This document shows, piece by piece, positions 22,150-31,797 of a stretch of 64,000 nt of DNA. A program made the translations under genes and the position numbers. This stretch comes from an uncultured Candidatus Rokubacteria bacterium (lineage in GTDB: Bacteria; Methylomirabilota; Methylomirabilia; Rokubacteriales; DASRDR01), in NCBI GenBank assembly GCA_963708025.1, contig CAVPSB010000032.1:256001-320000 (forward strand). The letters are read 5' to 3'. The notes beneath the pieces were generated by a model. That model was not told where the DNA came from, made no database searches, and saw only the letters and a program-made list of their open reading frames with translations. The stretch's first letter is position 1. The number at the start of each line of letters is the position of its first letter.

Positions 22150-22923
22150 TCAGGGATCGGCGACGCGGGCGAGGACGAGCACCCCGACCGACGCCGCCCC
22201 CGCGTCCCGGAGCGCCCGCGCCGCCGCCCGCGCGGTGGCCCCGGTGGTCAGGACGTCGTCGACGAGGAGGAGATGGCGCCCCACAACCTCGGCCGGGCGC
22301 CGCACCGCGAAGGCCCCGGCCACGTTCTCGCGGCGAGCGGCGGCGTCCAGGTCGGTCTGGGGGCGGGTCGGCCGGACGCGTACCAGGGCCCGGGTCAGGA
22401 GCGGTCGCCCCCAGGCGGCCGCGCAGGGGGCCGCGAGCAGCGCGGCCTGGTTGAACCCGCGCTCGGCCAGCCGGGCGGGATGAAGGGGCACGGGAACGAG
22501 GGCGTCGAGCACCGGCGGGAGGCCGACCGCATCGCCGAGCAGGCGCCCGCCCCGATCGGCGAGCAGCGCGGCCAGGGGAGCGGCCACCGCCGTCCGTCCC
22601 CGGTACTTCAGCGCGTGGATCGCGGCCCGCATGCCGTCCCGGTAGGCGGCTACCGCCCGGGCCCGGTCGAACGGCGGCGGCTGCCGGCGGCACGCGTCAC
22701 AGGCGAGTGGCGCCGGCAGCCCGACGAAGTAGCGGCCGCAGACCCGACAGCCGGGCTCCGTCAGGAGCGGCAGGTCCGCCCAGCAGGCCGCGCAGAAGGG
22801 ACGATGGCGCGGGTCGTCGGAACGCGCCTGACAGACCGGGCAGATGGCGGGGAAGAGGAGGCCGAGCACCGGGTCGAGCCACGGCGGGAGGCGACGGGAG
22901 AGCGGCAGCGTTCCCGAGTTCAC
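22150..22923 (-). CDS. ComF family protein (double zinc ribbon + phosphoribosyltransferase)
   Basis: CPVC..CAAC..CRVC..CDAC, VPVPLH..RGFNQA, LLVDDVLTTGAT; start approximate. Confidence 0.88.
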   Translation of the reverse strand: MNSGTLPLSRRLPPWLDPVLGLLFPAICPVCQARSDDPRHRPFCAACWADLPLLTEPGCRVCGRYFVGLPAPLACDACRRQPPPFDRARAVAAYRDGMRAAIHALKYRGRTAVAAPLAALLADRGGRLLGDAVGLPPVLDALVPVPLHPARLAERGFNQAALLAAPCAAAWGRPLLTRALVRVRPTRPQTDLDAAARRENVAGAFAVRRPAEVVGRHLLLVDDVLTTGATARAAARALRDAGAASVGVLVLARVADP

Positions 22924-22988
22924 GGGAGTGCGGGGCGGCCGATGACCCGAGAGGCCTGATCGGCGCGGGCGCCGGCGGGGTGGCCGGC

Positions 22989-23360
22989 CTAACCGGTCGC
23001 GGCCTTCTCCTCCTGCTCGATGGCCCGCTGGCAGCCGATGCAGTGGCGCGCGAATGGCAGCGCCTCCAGCCGTTTCTCGGCGATCGGCTCGCCGCACCGC
23101 TCGCACTCTCCGAAGCCGCCCTCGTCGAGCTTGCGCAGCGCGGTCACGACTTCCTTGAGGAGCCGGCGGTCGCCATTTCCCAGCTCGAAGAGGAACTCGC
23201 GGGTGTACGCGGTCGTGGCCTGGTCACCGAGATCCTTGATCGAGTCGTCTTCCTGGCCCTTCCCGTACAGCGCGCTCCGGCCGACCTCGTCCTCGAGCTG
23301 GCGACGCTTGTCGATGAGCGCTTTGCGGAAGTGAGCCAGCCGATCCTTCTTGATTTTCAT
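22989..23360 (-). CDS. DksA/TraR family C4 zinc-finger protein
   Basis: Coiled coil with DLGDQA tip; CERC...RLEALPFARHCIGCQ. Confidence 0.88.
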   Translation of the reverse strand: MKIKKDRLAHFRKALIDKRRQLEDEVGRSALYGKGQEDDSIKDLGDQATTAYTREFLFELGNGDRRLLKEVVTALRKLDEGGFGECERCGEPIAEKRLEALPFARHCIGCQRAIEQEEKAATG

Positions 23361-23626
23361 GCGTCGGAGCCTCCCTTCGGGCGACGCTTGGCGAATCGAG
23401 TAGTCGGAAGTTAGCATGGGTCCCCAGGGGTGTCTAGCCGGAAAAAACGGATTCGCCCCGTCCCGGACAGGAGTCGCGATGGTCAACGCCGACGCGGCCG
23501 ATCAGGGGCCGGAACGTCCGCTCGATAGCGTGAGCGGTGCTTCGATCGACAGCTCGGGCGCATCGCCCCACCGCCGCTCAGGCGGCAAGTCAGGCTCTCG
23601 CGGGCAGGAACACGCGCGCCACCACG

Positions 23627-24355
23627 TCAGGGGGCGGCGACCCGATAGCGCGCCTCGACGGTGATCACGACCTCGAGCTGACCGGCCTCGACGGGACCGG
23701 GGGCAGCGGTGCCGAAGGCTCGGCCCGCCATGTAGGAGATCCGCGGCTCGGGCCCGGCTCCGCCCTCGGTCAGCGAAAGCAGTGGACCCAGTCCCACGCC
23801 GGCGGCCTCGGCAAGCTGGCGCGCGCGGGCGGCGGCGTCCCGGACCGCCCGAGCGCGAGCCTCCGCCTCCGCCGCCGCCGGTTCGCCGAGCGTGAAGTGG
23901 AGCGCGCGCACCACATTGGCCCCGGCCGCGACCGTGGCGTCCAGGATGGTGCCGACACCGTCGAGGCGGCGGACCCGCAGTTCCACGACGTTGACCACGT
24001 GGTAGCCGACGATCCGGGGAGGCTGCTGATCCCGCTGGGGGCTCATCACCGGCTCCACGGTGTACGTCACGGTCCGGATGTCACGCTCCTCCAAACCCAT
24101 CTCCCGGACTCGCGCCAGCACGGCGGTCGTCCGGCGGGCGACCTCGGCGCTCGCGTCGGCCAGGAGCGGCGCCCGCGCCTCGGCGCCGACCTGGACCAGC
24201 GCGGTGTCCGGAGGCACGGACACCCGGCCGGTGCCGGTCACGGTGATTCCGGTCGGTCGCCGGTCCGGCCCGCCTATCCGGCCGGGCCCACCCGCGCACC
24301 CGACGGCGACCACGGTGACACACGCCAGGCCAGCCACCAGAGCTCGTCGAGTCAT
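23627..24355 (-). CDS. SIMPL (DUF541) domain lipoprotein
   Basis: Lipobox-like AVGC, ITVTGTGRVSVPPD, ARARAVRDA..LAEAAGV. Confidence 0.85.
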   Translation of the reverse strand: MTRRALVAGLACVTVVAVGCAGGPGRIGGPDRRPTGITVTGTGRVSVPPDTALVQVGAEARAPLLADASAEVARRTTAVLARVREMGLEERDIRTVTYTVEPVMSPQRDQQPPRIVGYHVVNVVELRVRRLDGVGTILDATVAAGANVVRALHFTLGEPAAAEAEARARAVRDAAARARQLAEAAGVGLGPLLSLTEGGAGPEPRISYMAGRAFGTAAPGPVEAGQLEVVITVEARYRVAAP

Positions 24356-24374
24356 GCGCTACCTCCGGGGCCTC

Positions 24375-24454
24375 GGTTCGGGACCTCCCGCCTACCCGAT
24401 CCTTCGACGGCCTTCGGCCTTTGGCCCCCTCCCCACCCCATTCCTCACACGCTC
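24375..24454. repeat. Family C repeat, copy C3
   Basis: gttcgggacctcccgcctaccc..gacggccttcggcct..ccattcctcacacgctc; both ends match 60894-61062. Confidence 0.75.
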
Positions 24455-25171
24455 TCAGGCCGGCGGGCCGACCGTCAACCGCTCGTGGAGGGCGGTCAGC
24501 ATCTCGTCGACCGCGGCGCCCGCCCAGATGCGAAAGAAGGGCGAGCGCTGCAGCTCGACGAACTCGCCGTCGCCGCGCCGGCGCGTCTCCTCCGGGCTCT
24601 CCCCGGGCCGCGCCGCCAGCATGTGGCCCCGGATCCGGTCCTTGTGGTAGATCGCCGGGTACTCGGTGTAGTGGTACAGGTACCGGAGATCCCGCGTGTA
24701 GAAAACGGCGACCGGGATCGACTGCCACGTCTGCCCGTTCTTCTCGTTCAGGAACTCCGCCATGATGTCGGCGTTGCTGTCGGGCGCCTCGGCCAGGCTC
24801 GGCCGATCGCTCGCGCTGAAGCGCCGGCCGTCCCGCCGGAAGATCCGCAGCTCCCAGCCCGCCGCCTCCGCCATCCGGGCGAGCGCCGGCACGTCGCGCC
24901 GACAGTCGGACGACCACTCCTCGGAGATGGCCAGGATCTTCGCCGGCCCGTCGGGCCGGCTGGCCAGCCAGCGGAGCGCCGCCACCTGGGGCTCGGACAG
25001 GCGCGTCGCGTCGTACCACGCGCGGACCTCGGCGGTGCGGTCCGGACGCGGCGCCCCACCGCCAGACGCCTCGCGCGCCAGGTTCTCCGGCGTCCCGAGC
25101 GAGGCCAGGTACTGCTCGAACGTCATGCCGGAGGCGAACCGTCCCGGCGTCACCACGCTCTGTCGCGTCAT
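24455..25171 (-). CDS. Thioredoxin-fold protein with SxxC active site
   Basis: KILAISEEWSSDCRRDVP and cis-Pro motif SIPVAVF. Confidence 0.75.
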   Translation of the reverse strand: MTRQSVVTPGRFASGMTFEQYLASLGTPENLAREASGGGAPRPDRTAEVRAWYDATRLSEPQVAALRWLASRPDGPAKILAISEEWSSDCRRDVPALARMAEAAGWELRIFRRDGRRFSASDRPSLAEAPDSNADIMAEFLNEKNGQTWQSIPVAVFYTRDLRYLYHYTEYPAIYHKDRIRGHMLAARPGESPEETRRRGDGEFVELQRSPFFRIWAGAAVDEMLTALHERLTVGPPA

Positions 25172-25217
25172 GTGGGCCCTCCGTGAGGATTCGCCGGCGA
25201 TCCGGCGTCCCGTCCGC

Positions 25218-25550
25218 CTACGCGGCGGGGCGGCGGCGCTCGGCGCCGTCCGCGATGTCCCGGAGCGCCTCGCCGATCGCCGGGTCGGCGTAGGTGCCAT
25301 AGGCGTTGACCAGCACGCCCCGACTGCCGTCGGCGGCCTCGATCGCGTACGCCACGGACATGTCGCCGGGGTCCGACGCCCCCTCGAAGCGGTGGTGCTC
25401 GACGATCGTCAGCTCGTGAGCCCCGTAGATCCGGCCACCGTCCGGGAGGCGGAGCCCCCGGCCCGCGGGCTCGAAGCTCTGCCCGAAGCCCCGGCGGCGC
25501 AGGTCCTCGAGCGTGGCGGCCAGCGTGCGCGACTCGGTGGGATAGGTCAT
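25218..25550 (-). CDS. Conserved hypothetical protein (~110 aa)
   Basis: MTYPTES start with RBS; HRFEGASDPGDMSVAYAI..G.LVNAYG is a recognisable small conserved family. Confidence 0.7.
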   Translation of the reverse strand: MTYPTESRTLAATLEDLRRRGFGQSFEPAGRGLRLPDGGRIYGAHELTIVEHHRFEGASDPGDMSVAYAIEAADGSRGVLVNAYGTYADPAIGEALRDIADGAERRRPAA

Positions 25551-25603
25551 GGTGGTCCTCCGTCTCCCATTGTGCCCGAGCCGGAAGGTCGGCGCCCGCG
25601 GCA

Positions 25604-26437
25604 TCAGCGGATCCGGGCGTAGTACTCCACGCGGCGCTCGAGGTAGCCGACCGCCTCCGACACCGCGAAGGCGAAGGCGAAGACGACGAGCACCAGGGCC
25701 CAGAACTCCTCCATCAGGAAGTACTGGGAGTACAGCTCGAACAGCTCGCCCACCCCGATGATGGCGACCAGGAGCTGGCCGATGACGACGCCCTTCACCC
25801 CCCGGATCGCGCCGAGGCGGACCCCGGCCAGCATCTCGGGGAGCGCGCTCCACAGGAGCACCTTGGAGTAGAGCTGATGGCGGCGGGCGCCGAAGGACCG
25901 GGCCATCTCGACGAGCGACCGGTCGGCCCGCTCCACGCCGACCCGGGTGTCGAGCACGATCACGAAGACGGCGAAGAGGAAGACGGTCACGACGACGGTC
26001 GTCTCGCCGATGCCGAGCACGGCCATGAGCATCGGCACCAGGGCCGAGACCGGCGCGCTGACGAAGACGTTGACCCACACCCCGAGGACTCGGGCCAGGC
26101 CAGCCATGCGGGCCATCAGCACCCCGAGCGGAATCCCGACCAGCAGTGCCAGCCCCATCCCGAGGGCGAACGAGCGGAGCGAGACGAGGGCGGCCGCCGC
26201 GAACTTCCCGGTGACCACGATCGCCATTCCCGAGGTCAGCACGCGGGAGATGGGCGGCACGATGCTGGAGAGCCCGGCCCACCCGACCGCCTCCCAGACG
26301 AGGAACCAGACCGCCAGCGAGGCCGCCGCCGGCAACCGTACGCTGTGCCCGACGCCCCGGGGCTCCGGCTCCCCCCTCCCCCCCGGTGGGTGGGGGAGGG
26401 GGGTTGGGGGGGTAGGCGGGAGGTTACGATCAGACAT
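25604..26437 (-). CDS. NitT/TauT-type ABC transporter permease
   Basis: TM helices and EAA loop LVEMARSFGA; Pro/Gly-rich N-terminus derived from a repeat. Confidence 0.88.
   Translation of the reverse strand: MSDRNLPPTPPTPLPHPPGGRGEPEPRGVGHSVRLPAAASLAVWFLVWEAVGWAGLSSIVPPISRVLTSGMAIVVTGKFAAAALVSLRSFALGMGLALLVGIPLGVLMARMAGLARVLGVWVNVFVSAPVSALVPMLMAVLGIGETTVVVTVFLFAVFVIVLDTRVGVERADRSLVEMARSFGARRHQLYSKVLLWSALPEMLAGVRLGAIRGVKGVVIGQLLVAIIGVGELFELYSQYFLMEEFWALVLVVFAFAFAVSEAVGYLERRVEYYARIR
26352..26424. repeat. Family C repeat, copy C4, inverted orientation, inside the permease 5' end
   Basis: Reverse complement acctcccgcctacccccccaacccccctccc..ggggggaggggggagccgg matches 24383 and 60901-61038. Confidence 0.6.
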
Positions 26438-27194
26438 ATTGCCGGAGGATCTGCCAGATCTCGTCCACGGCGTCGAGGTAGTTCTTGTCGCGCCGGATCT
26501 CGTCGGCGCTCCGCCCGGCGCGCTCGATCCCCGGCTGGACCACCCGGGACACCGATCCGGGCCGCGCCGAGAGGAGGACCACCCGCTCCGACAGGTAGAC
26601 CGCCTCCTCGATGCTGTGAGTCACGAAGAGCACCGTCGTCTGCCGGTCCCGCAAGAGGACCAGCAAGTCCTCCTGGAACTTGCGCCGCGTCTGCTCGTCC
26701 ACCGACGAGAACGGCTCGTCCATCAGGATGATCTCGGCGTCCACCGCCAGCGCCCGGGCGAGACCGACGCGCTGCCGCATGCCGCCGGAGAGCTGGTGCG
26801 GATAGCTCGCCTCGAATCCGGCCAGGCCGACCTCCGCGATCCGCTGCCGGGCGACCGCCTCCCGCGCCTGACGGGCCACCCTCCGCAACTCGAGGCCGAA
26901 CGCGACGTTCCGCAGCACGGTGGCCCACGGGAGGAGCGCGAAGTCCTGGAACACGAAGGCCCGCTCCGGCCCCGGGCCCGAGACCGCCCGGCCTCCCACC
27001 CGGACCTCGCCGGTGGTCGGCTGGACGAGGCCGCCGATGATCTTGAGCAGCGTGGTCTTCCCGCAGCCGCTCGGCCCGAGGATCGCCGTGAGCCGGGCCC
27101 GGGGGAACGCCAGCGTCACGTCGCGGAGCGCCTCCACCCCGGTCTCGTAGGTCTTGCCAATGCCCCGGACCTCGACGATCCCGTCGTCGGCCAT
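26430..27194 (-). CDS. NitT/TauT-type ABC transporter ATP-binding protein
   Basis: GPSGCGKT, LSGGMRQR, LMDEPF, FVTHS. Confidence 0.93.
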   Translation of the reverse strand: MADDGIVEVRGIGKTYETGVEALRDVTLAFPRARLTAILGPSGCGKTTLLKIIGGLVQPTTGEVRVGGRAVSGPGPERAFVFQDFALLPWATVLRNVAFGLELRRVARQAREAVARQRIAEVGLAGFEASYPHQLSGGMRQRVGLARALAVDAEIILMDEPFSSVDEQTRRKFQEDLLVLLRDRQTTVLFVTHSIEEAVYLSERVVLLSARPGSVSRVVQPGIERAGRSADEIRRDKNYLDAVDEIWQILRQYV

Positions 27195-27196
27195 CG

Positions 27197-27973
27197 TCAG
27201 GCTCCGCGGATCTCCGGCGGGAAGAGGCGTCGCTCCAGGCGCTCCAGGAGATGCACGGTGACGGCGCCGAGCGCGACGATCGAGGCGATCGCGGCGTACA
27301 TCTCGGCGTACTCGGCCACCGAGGAGTGATAGGTGATCAGGTCGCCGATCCCGGTGGGCGTGATCAAGAGCTCGGCGATGACGACGCCGATGAACCCCAT
27401 GGCCACGCCCAGGCGCAGGCCGGCGAAGATCAGCCCGGCGGCGTTGGGGAGGACGATCTTCACTACCGCCTGGGCGCGCGTCCCCAGGAAGGCCCGGCAC
27501 ATCTCCAGGAGCGACGGGTGGGTGTTCCGGATGCCCTGGTAGGAGTTCATGGTCACGACCGGGACCGCCAGGACGAGAACGGCCAGCACCTTGGCGGTGA
27601 GCCCGATGCCGTAGACGTAGGTGATCAGCGGGATGATCGCGGCCATCGGCGCGGCCTGGGCAATGACGACGACGGGCAGGCCCAGCCACTCGGCCGCGCG
27701 CGACAATCCCATGGCGATCCCCAGACCGACCCCGAGCCCCGCCGCCAGGACGACCCCGATGGCGAGGGGCTGCAGCGTGGAGGCGTAGGCGCGGACCAGG
27801 GTCCCGTCGGCCGCCAGGCGACCCAGCGCCAGCGCGGTGCGGCTGGCCGGGGGAAAGGCCAGGCTCACCGGCCAGCGCCCCGCCACCTCCCACGCCCCGA
27901 AGACCAGCGCGAACGACGCCGCCAGCCAGAGGGCCTGGGCCGCGGGGCGGCCGCGGGCGGCGCTCGCCGTCAG
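27197..27973 (-). CDS. NitT/TauT-type ABC transporter permease (probable CTG start)
   Basis: LLEMCRAFLG loop; the first TM helix lies upstream of the first GTG (27886). Confidence 0.8.
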   Translation of the reverse strand: MTASAARGRPAAQALWLAASFALVFGAWEVAGRWPVSLAFPPASRTALALGRLAADGTLVRAYASTLQPLAIGVVLAAGLGVGLGIAMGLSRAAEWLGLPVVVIAQAAPMAAIIPLITYVYGIGLTAKVLAVLVLAVPVVTMNSYQGIRNTHPSLLEMCRAFLGTRAQAVVKIVLPNAAGLIFAGLRLGVAMGFIGVVIAELLITPTGIGDLITYHSSVAEYAEMYAAIASIVALGAVTVHLLERLERRLFPPEIRGA

Positions 27974-27992
27974 CGCCCTCGCTCCCCCCGGC

Positions 27993-28988
27993 CTAGTTGC
28001 CGACCCTAGCCAGGGCGCCCTTGAGCGGGCCGAAGGACCAGAAGTCCTCGACCTTGGCTGCGTCGCCCTGGATCTGACCGGCCAGGCGGAAGAACTCGAG
28101 GTCGGTCTTCGCCGCCCGCTCGCCGCCGCCGTCGGTCGGGAAGATCCCGCCCTGGACCGCCTCCTGGTAGAAGGGGAGGATCTCCGGCTCCAACTTGGCC
28201 GGCAGGTCCTTCAGGAGCCCGAGCCGCTTGCGCTCGTCCAGCACGATGGCGGGGTTCTTGTTGATGGCGCGGTTGACCTTGATCAGCTCCTCGAGGAACA
28301 CGGTGACGGCCGCCTGGTTCTTCTCGAGGAAGTCGGTGGTCGCGAACAGGGCCTCGTCGCTGGCCTTCAGCTCCCCGAGCGGCAGGATCACGAACCGGTC
28401 GGGCGCCTCCTTCATCACGTAGCTCTTGTTGGGGGCATCCAGGATGGTGGCCTTGATGTTGCCCTTGAGCAGCGCCAGCGCCCGGACCTGCGAGCCCGGC
28501 ACGTAGCTCATCGTCTTGTACTTGATCCCGTGCTGCTTGGCAGCCAGCGCCATGATGGCCTCGGTGCCCGAGCCCCGCCCCTGGACCGCGATGTCCTGCC
28601 CGTCCAGGTCCTTCCACGTCTTGTAGTGCTCCTTGCTGACCACCGGGAAGAACTGGAGGGTGCTGAGCTGGTAGAAGAACCGGATCGGCGCCCCCACCTT
28701 CTGGAGGGCGGCGTAGGGGGTTCCCTGGCCGACGTCCGCCTGGCCGTTGATGACCGCCTGGGTGGCGATCTCCTCGCTCTTGAACGCGGTGACCTCGACG
28801 TCCACGCCCCGCGCCTTGGCGCCTTCCACGGCGACGAGAAGCGGGATCTCGTCGATCGAGATCACGTCGCCCAACGCGTAGCGGATCTTAGGGCGGCTCT
28901 GGGCCGCCGGGTCACCCGCGAGCGCGCCAAGCAGGGCGACGACCGCGAACAGCGTGACGACGAGCGTCCATCGAGACCTTGCTCTCAT
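27993..28988 (-). CDS. ABC transporter substrate-binding protein (NMT1/SsuA/TauA-like)
   Basis: Signal peptide, AGGAGG RBS, WKDLDGQDIAVQGRGSGT, VRALALLKG. Confidence 0.85.
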   Translation of the reverse strand: MRARSRWTLVVTLFAVVALLGALAGDPAAQSRPKIRYALGDVISIDEIPLLVAVEGAKARGVDVEVTAFKSEEIATQAVINGQADVGQGTPYAALQKVGAPIRFFYQLSTLQFFPVVSKEHYKTWKDLDGQDIAVQGRGSGTEAIMALAAKQHGIKYKTMSYVPGSQVRALALLKGNIKATILDAPNKSYVMKEAPDRFVILPLGELKASDEALFATTDFLEKNQAAVTVFLEELIKVNRAINKNPAIVLDERKRLGLLKDLPAKLEPEILPFYQEAVQGGIFPTDGGGERAAKTDLEFFRLAGQIQGDAAKVEDFWSFGPLKGALARVGN

Positions 28989-29067
28989 GGGTGTCCTCCT
29001 GATCACGGGCGAGTGGTCCGGTCAGCCGGCCGGGTGGCCGCTCCCGGCGATCATAGCACCTCCGGAG

Positions 29068-29418
29068 CTACGCTTCGATCGGCAGCTCGGGAGCGTCGCC
29101 CCACAGCCGCTCGAGCGCGTAGAACTCGCGCGTCGCGGGCAGGAAGACGTGCACCACGACGTCGCCGTAGTCGAGCAGCATCCACCCCGACTCGGGCACG
29201 CCTTCCCGGTGAAAGACGCGGATCCCCTCGAGCTTCAGGCTCGCCTCGACGGCATCGGCGATGGTGCGAACCTGGGTAGTGGAGTTGCCGCAGCAGATGA
29301 CGAAGTAGTCGGCGATTCCCGAGATTCGCTCGAGGTCCAGCACCAGCAGCGACTCCGCCTTCTTGGCAAGGGCCGCGCGGGCCCCGATGCGGGCCTTCGC
29401 GGTAGCGCTCAGCGGCAT
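29068..29418 (-). CDS. rsfS: Ribosome silencing factor
   Basis: DYFVIC, WMLLDYGDVVVHVF..REFYALERLW. Confidence 0.95.
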   Translation of the reverse strand: MPLSATAKARIGARAALAKKAESLLVLDLERISGIADYFVICCGNSTTQVRTIADAVEASLKLEGIRVFHREGVPESGWMLLDYGDVVVHVFLPATREFYALERLWGDAPELPIEA

Positions 29419-29449
29419 GCGGCGGGGGCTCCGGGGCGGCGGAGGCCGT

Positions 29450-30139
29450 TCATGGCTGGCGCGGCTCGGCGTACAGGCGGTGCTGCGCGATGTAGTCGGC
29501 GACGGCCGGCGGGACCAGGTAGCGCACGCTCCGGCCGGCGGTCAGCAGGGCCCGGATCTCCCGGGCCGAGACGGGCAGCGACCGCGTCTCGACCAGCAGG
29601 ACCTCGCCGGGAGCCACCGCCTCGACGACGTCGGCGGGACCCCCGACCGGCGCCACCCGCCGCCAGGCGCGCCGGCCCAGCCGAGCCAGGACCCCGCGGG
29701 CCGCGGCCGATTCGGGATCGAACGGGCTCCCGGCCCGGTAGCCGACCGCGAGCGTCGCCCACGTCGTCAGCCGCTCGGGCGTGTGCCAGGTGAGCAGATC
29801 GAGAAAGGTGTCGCTTCCCATCAGGAAGAAGAGCCGCTCACCCGGCCATTCGCCGGCCAGGGCTTCGAGGGTGTGGACCGAGTAGGACGGACCGCTTCGC
29901 CGGATCTCCACATCGGAGGTCGCGAAGGCCGGGTGGCCGGCCACGGCGAGCGCCGCCATCGCGTAGCGATCGACCGCCGGGGCGACGCCCGGCGCCGCCT
30001 TGTGCGGCGGCGTCCCGGCCGGCACGAACAGAACGCGGTCGAGGCCCAGGCTCTCGCGGAAGGACTCGGCGAGGACGAGGTGGCCGAGATGGATCGGGTT
30101 GAAGGTGCCGCCCAGGATGCCGAGCCGCGACTCCGCCAT
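29450..30139 (-). CDS. nadD: Nicotinate-nucleotide adenylyltransferase
   Basis: GGTFNPIHLGH, PPHK, LMGSD, YLVP..V.DYI. Confidence 0.95.
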   Translation of the reverse strand: MAESRLGILGGTFNPIHLGHLVLAESFRESLGLDRVLFVPAGTPPHKAAPGVAPAVDRYAMAALAVAGHPAFATSDVEIRRSGPSYSVHTLEALAGEWPGERLFFLMGSDTFLDLLTWHTPERLTTWATLAVGYRAGSPFDPESAAARGVLARLGRRAWRRVAPVGGPADVVEAVAPGEVLLVETRSLPVSAREIRALLTAGRSVRYLVPPAVADYIAQHRLYAEPRQP

Positions 30140-30211
30140 GCGAGGGTCAGACGAGGACGGCGACCCGACGCGATTCCGTCACGGCCTCTCGGGCGAGACG
30201 CACTCGGCCGG

Positions 30212-31474
30212 CTACTCGCGGATCTGACCGGAGCCCAGCACCACGAACTTGGTGGTCGTCAACTCTACGACGCCGACCGGCCCGCGGGCGTGGAGCTTGG
30301 AGGTCGAGATCCCCAGCTCGGCGCCCATCCCGAATTGACTGCCGTCGCAGAGTCGGGTCGAGGCGTTGACCAGGACGCAGGCCGCGTCCACCTCGGCCAG
30401 GAAGCGGCGAGCGCGGCCGTAGTCACGGGTGACGATCGCCTCGGCGAGCCCGGACCCGTGCTCCCGGACGTGGGCCACCGCGGCGTCGAAGTCGTCCACG
30501 ACCCGCACGGCCAGGATCAGGTCGAGGTACTCGGTCCGCCAGTCCTCGTCGGTGGCGGGCTTGGCCCAGGGGATCAAGGCGCATGTCCGCGGGCAGCCGC
30601 GCAGCTCGACGCCCGCGTCGCGAAGCCGGGCCGCCGCCACGGCGAGGAACGCCTCGGCCACGCCCTGGTGGACGAGCAGGGTCTCCATGGCGTTGCACAC
30701 CCCGGGACGCTGGGCCTTGGCGTTGACCGCGATCTCGGTCGCCATGGCCAGGTCGGCGTCCGCGTCCACGTAGACGTGGCAGAGCCCCTTGTCGTGCTTG
30801 AGGACGGGAATGGTCGCCCGCTCGGCCACCATGCGGATGAACTCCTCCCCGCCCCGCGGGACGATGAGGTCGACGTAGCGGTCGAGGGTCAGGAGGACAT
30901 CGACCGCCTCGCGGTCCGGCACGTCGATGAAGCCGATGGCCTCCGCCGGCAACCCCACCTTCTCCAGCCCCTTGCCCAGGATCGCCGCGATGACCGCGTT
31001 CGACTCGAGCGCCTCCCGTCCACCCCGCAGCACGCAGGCGTTCCCCGCCTTCACGCAGAGGGCCGCCGCGTCGGCGGTGACGTTCGGGCGGCTCTCGTAG
31101 ATGATCGCCACCACGCCGAGGGGCACGCGCACGCGCCCGACTTCCATGCCGTTCGGCCGGCGCCACATCCCCACGGTCTCGCCGACCGGATCGGCCAGCG
31201 CCGCGATCTGGCGGATCCCGGCCGCCATCTCCGCCACCCGCTCGTCGGTCAGGGTCAGCCGGTCCAGGAACGCCCGGGGGTGGCCCTGGCCGCGGGCGCG
31301 CTGGAGGTCGGCGCGGTTGGCCCGGAGGACCGTCGAGACCTTTTCCTCGAGCCCTCGCGCCATCTGCGTCAGCGCGTCGTTCTTCACGCGGGACGAGGCG
31401 AGCGCCAGCGCCCGGGCGGCCTCCCGCGCGGCGCGCCCCCGGGTCTCCACCAGCTCGCGGATGTTGGTGGCCAT
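30212..31474 (-). CDS. proA: Gamma-glutamyl phosphate reductase
   Basis: VPLGV..IYESRPNV, GVCNAMETLL, GISTSKLHARGP. Confidence 0.96.
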   Translation of the reverse strand: MATNIRELVETRGRAAREAARALALASSRVKNDALTQMARGLEEKVSTVLRANRADLQRARGQGHPRAFLDRLTLTDERVAEMAAGIRQIAALADPVGETVGMWRRPNGMEVGRVRVPLGVVAIIYESRPNVTADAAALCVKAGNACVLRGGREALESNAVIAAILGKGLEKVGLPAEAIGFIDVPDREAVDVLLTLDRYVDLIVPRGGEEFIRMVAERATIPVLKHDKGLCHVYVDADADLAMATEIAVNAKAQRPGVCNAMETLLVHQGVAEAFLAVAAARLRDAGVELRGCPRTCALIPWAKPATDEDWRTEYLDLILAVRVVDDFDAAVAHVREHGSGLAEAIVTRDYGRARRFLAEVDAACVLVNASTRLCDGSQFGMGAELGISTSKLHARGPVGVVELTTTKFVVLGSGQIRE

Positions 31475-31674
31475 GAGCGCCCCTAGAGTATCACGAGGTG
31501 GTGGCCCACCCGGCCCCGCGTGGAGTCCGGGTAGTGTCTCAGTTTGAAAGCCAGCCGGTCAGGAGCCAAACGAGATCTCCTATGACGTAGACGGCGAGCA
31601 GGGCGGCGGCCGTGCCGCATGTGATAGCAGCGAGCGCAATGAGAAGGCGCCAATCCAGCCGCCCACTGCACCCC

Positions 31675-31797
31675 GCGCCGGGCCGAGACCCGAGCAGCCC
31701 TAGGACGCAGGGAGTCGCCGACCGGAGGCGTACTCCGAGTACGCCGAGGATCGGCGACGACCGAGGACGACGGGATGCGACGGGTCTCGGCCCGGCG
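31675..31797. repeat. Family A repeat, copy A4 (proB-proA gap)
   Basis: Perfect 18-bp outer stem gcgccgggccgagacccg/cgggtctcggcccggcgc around the ggcgtactccgagtacgcc hairpin. Confidence 0.9.
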
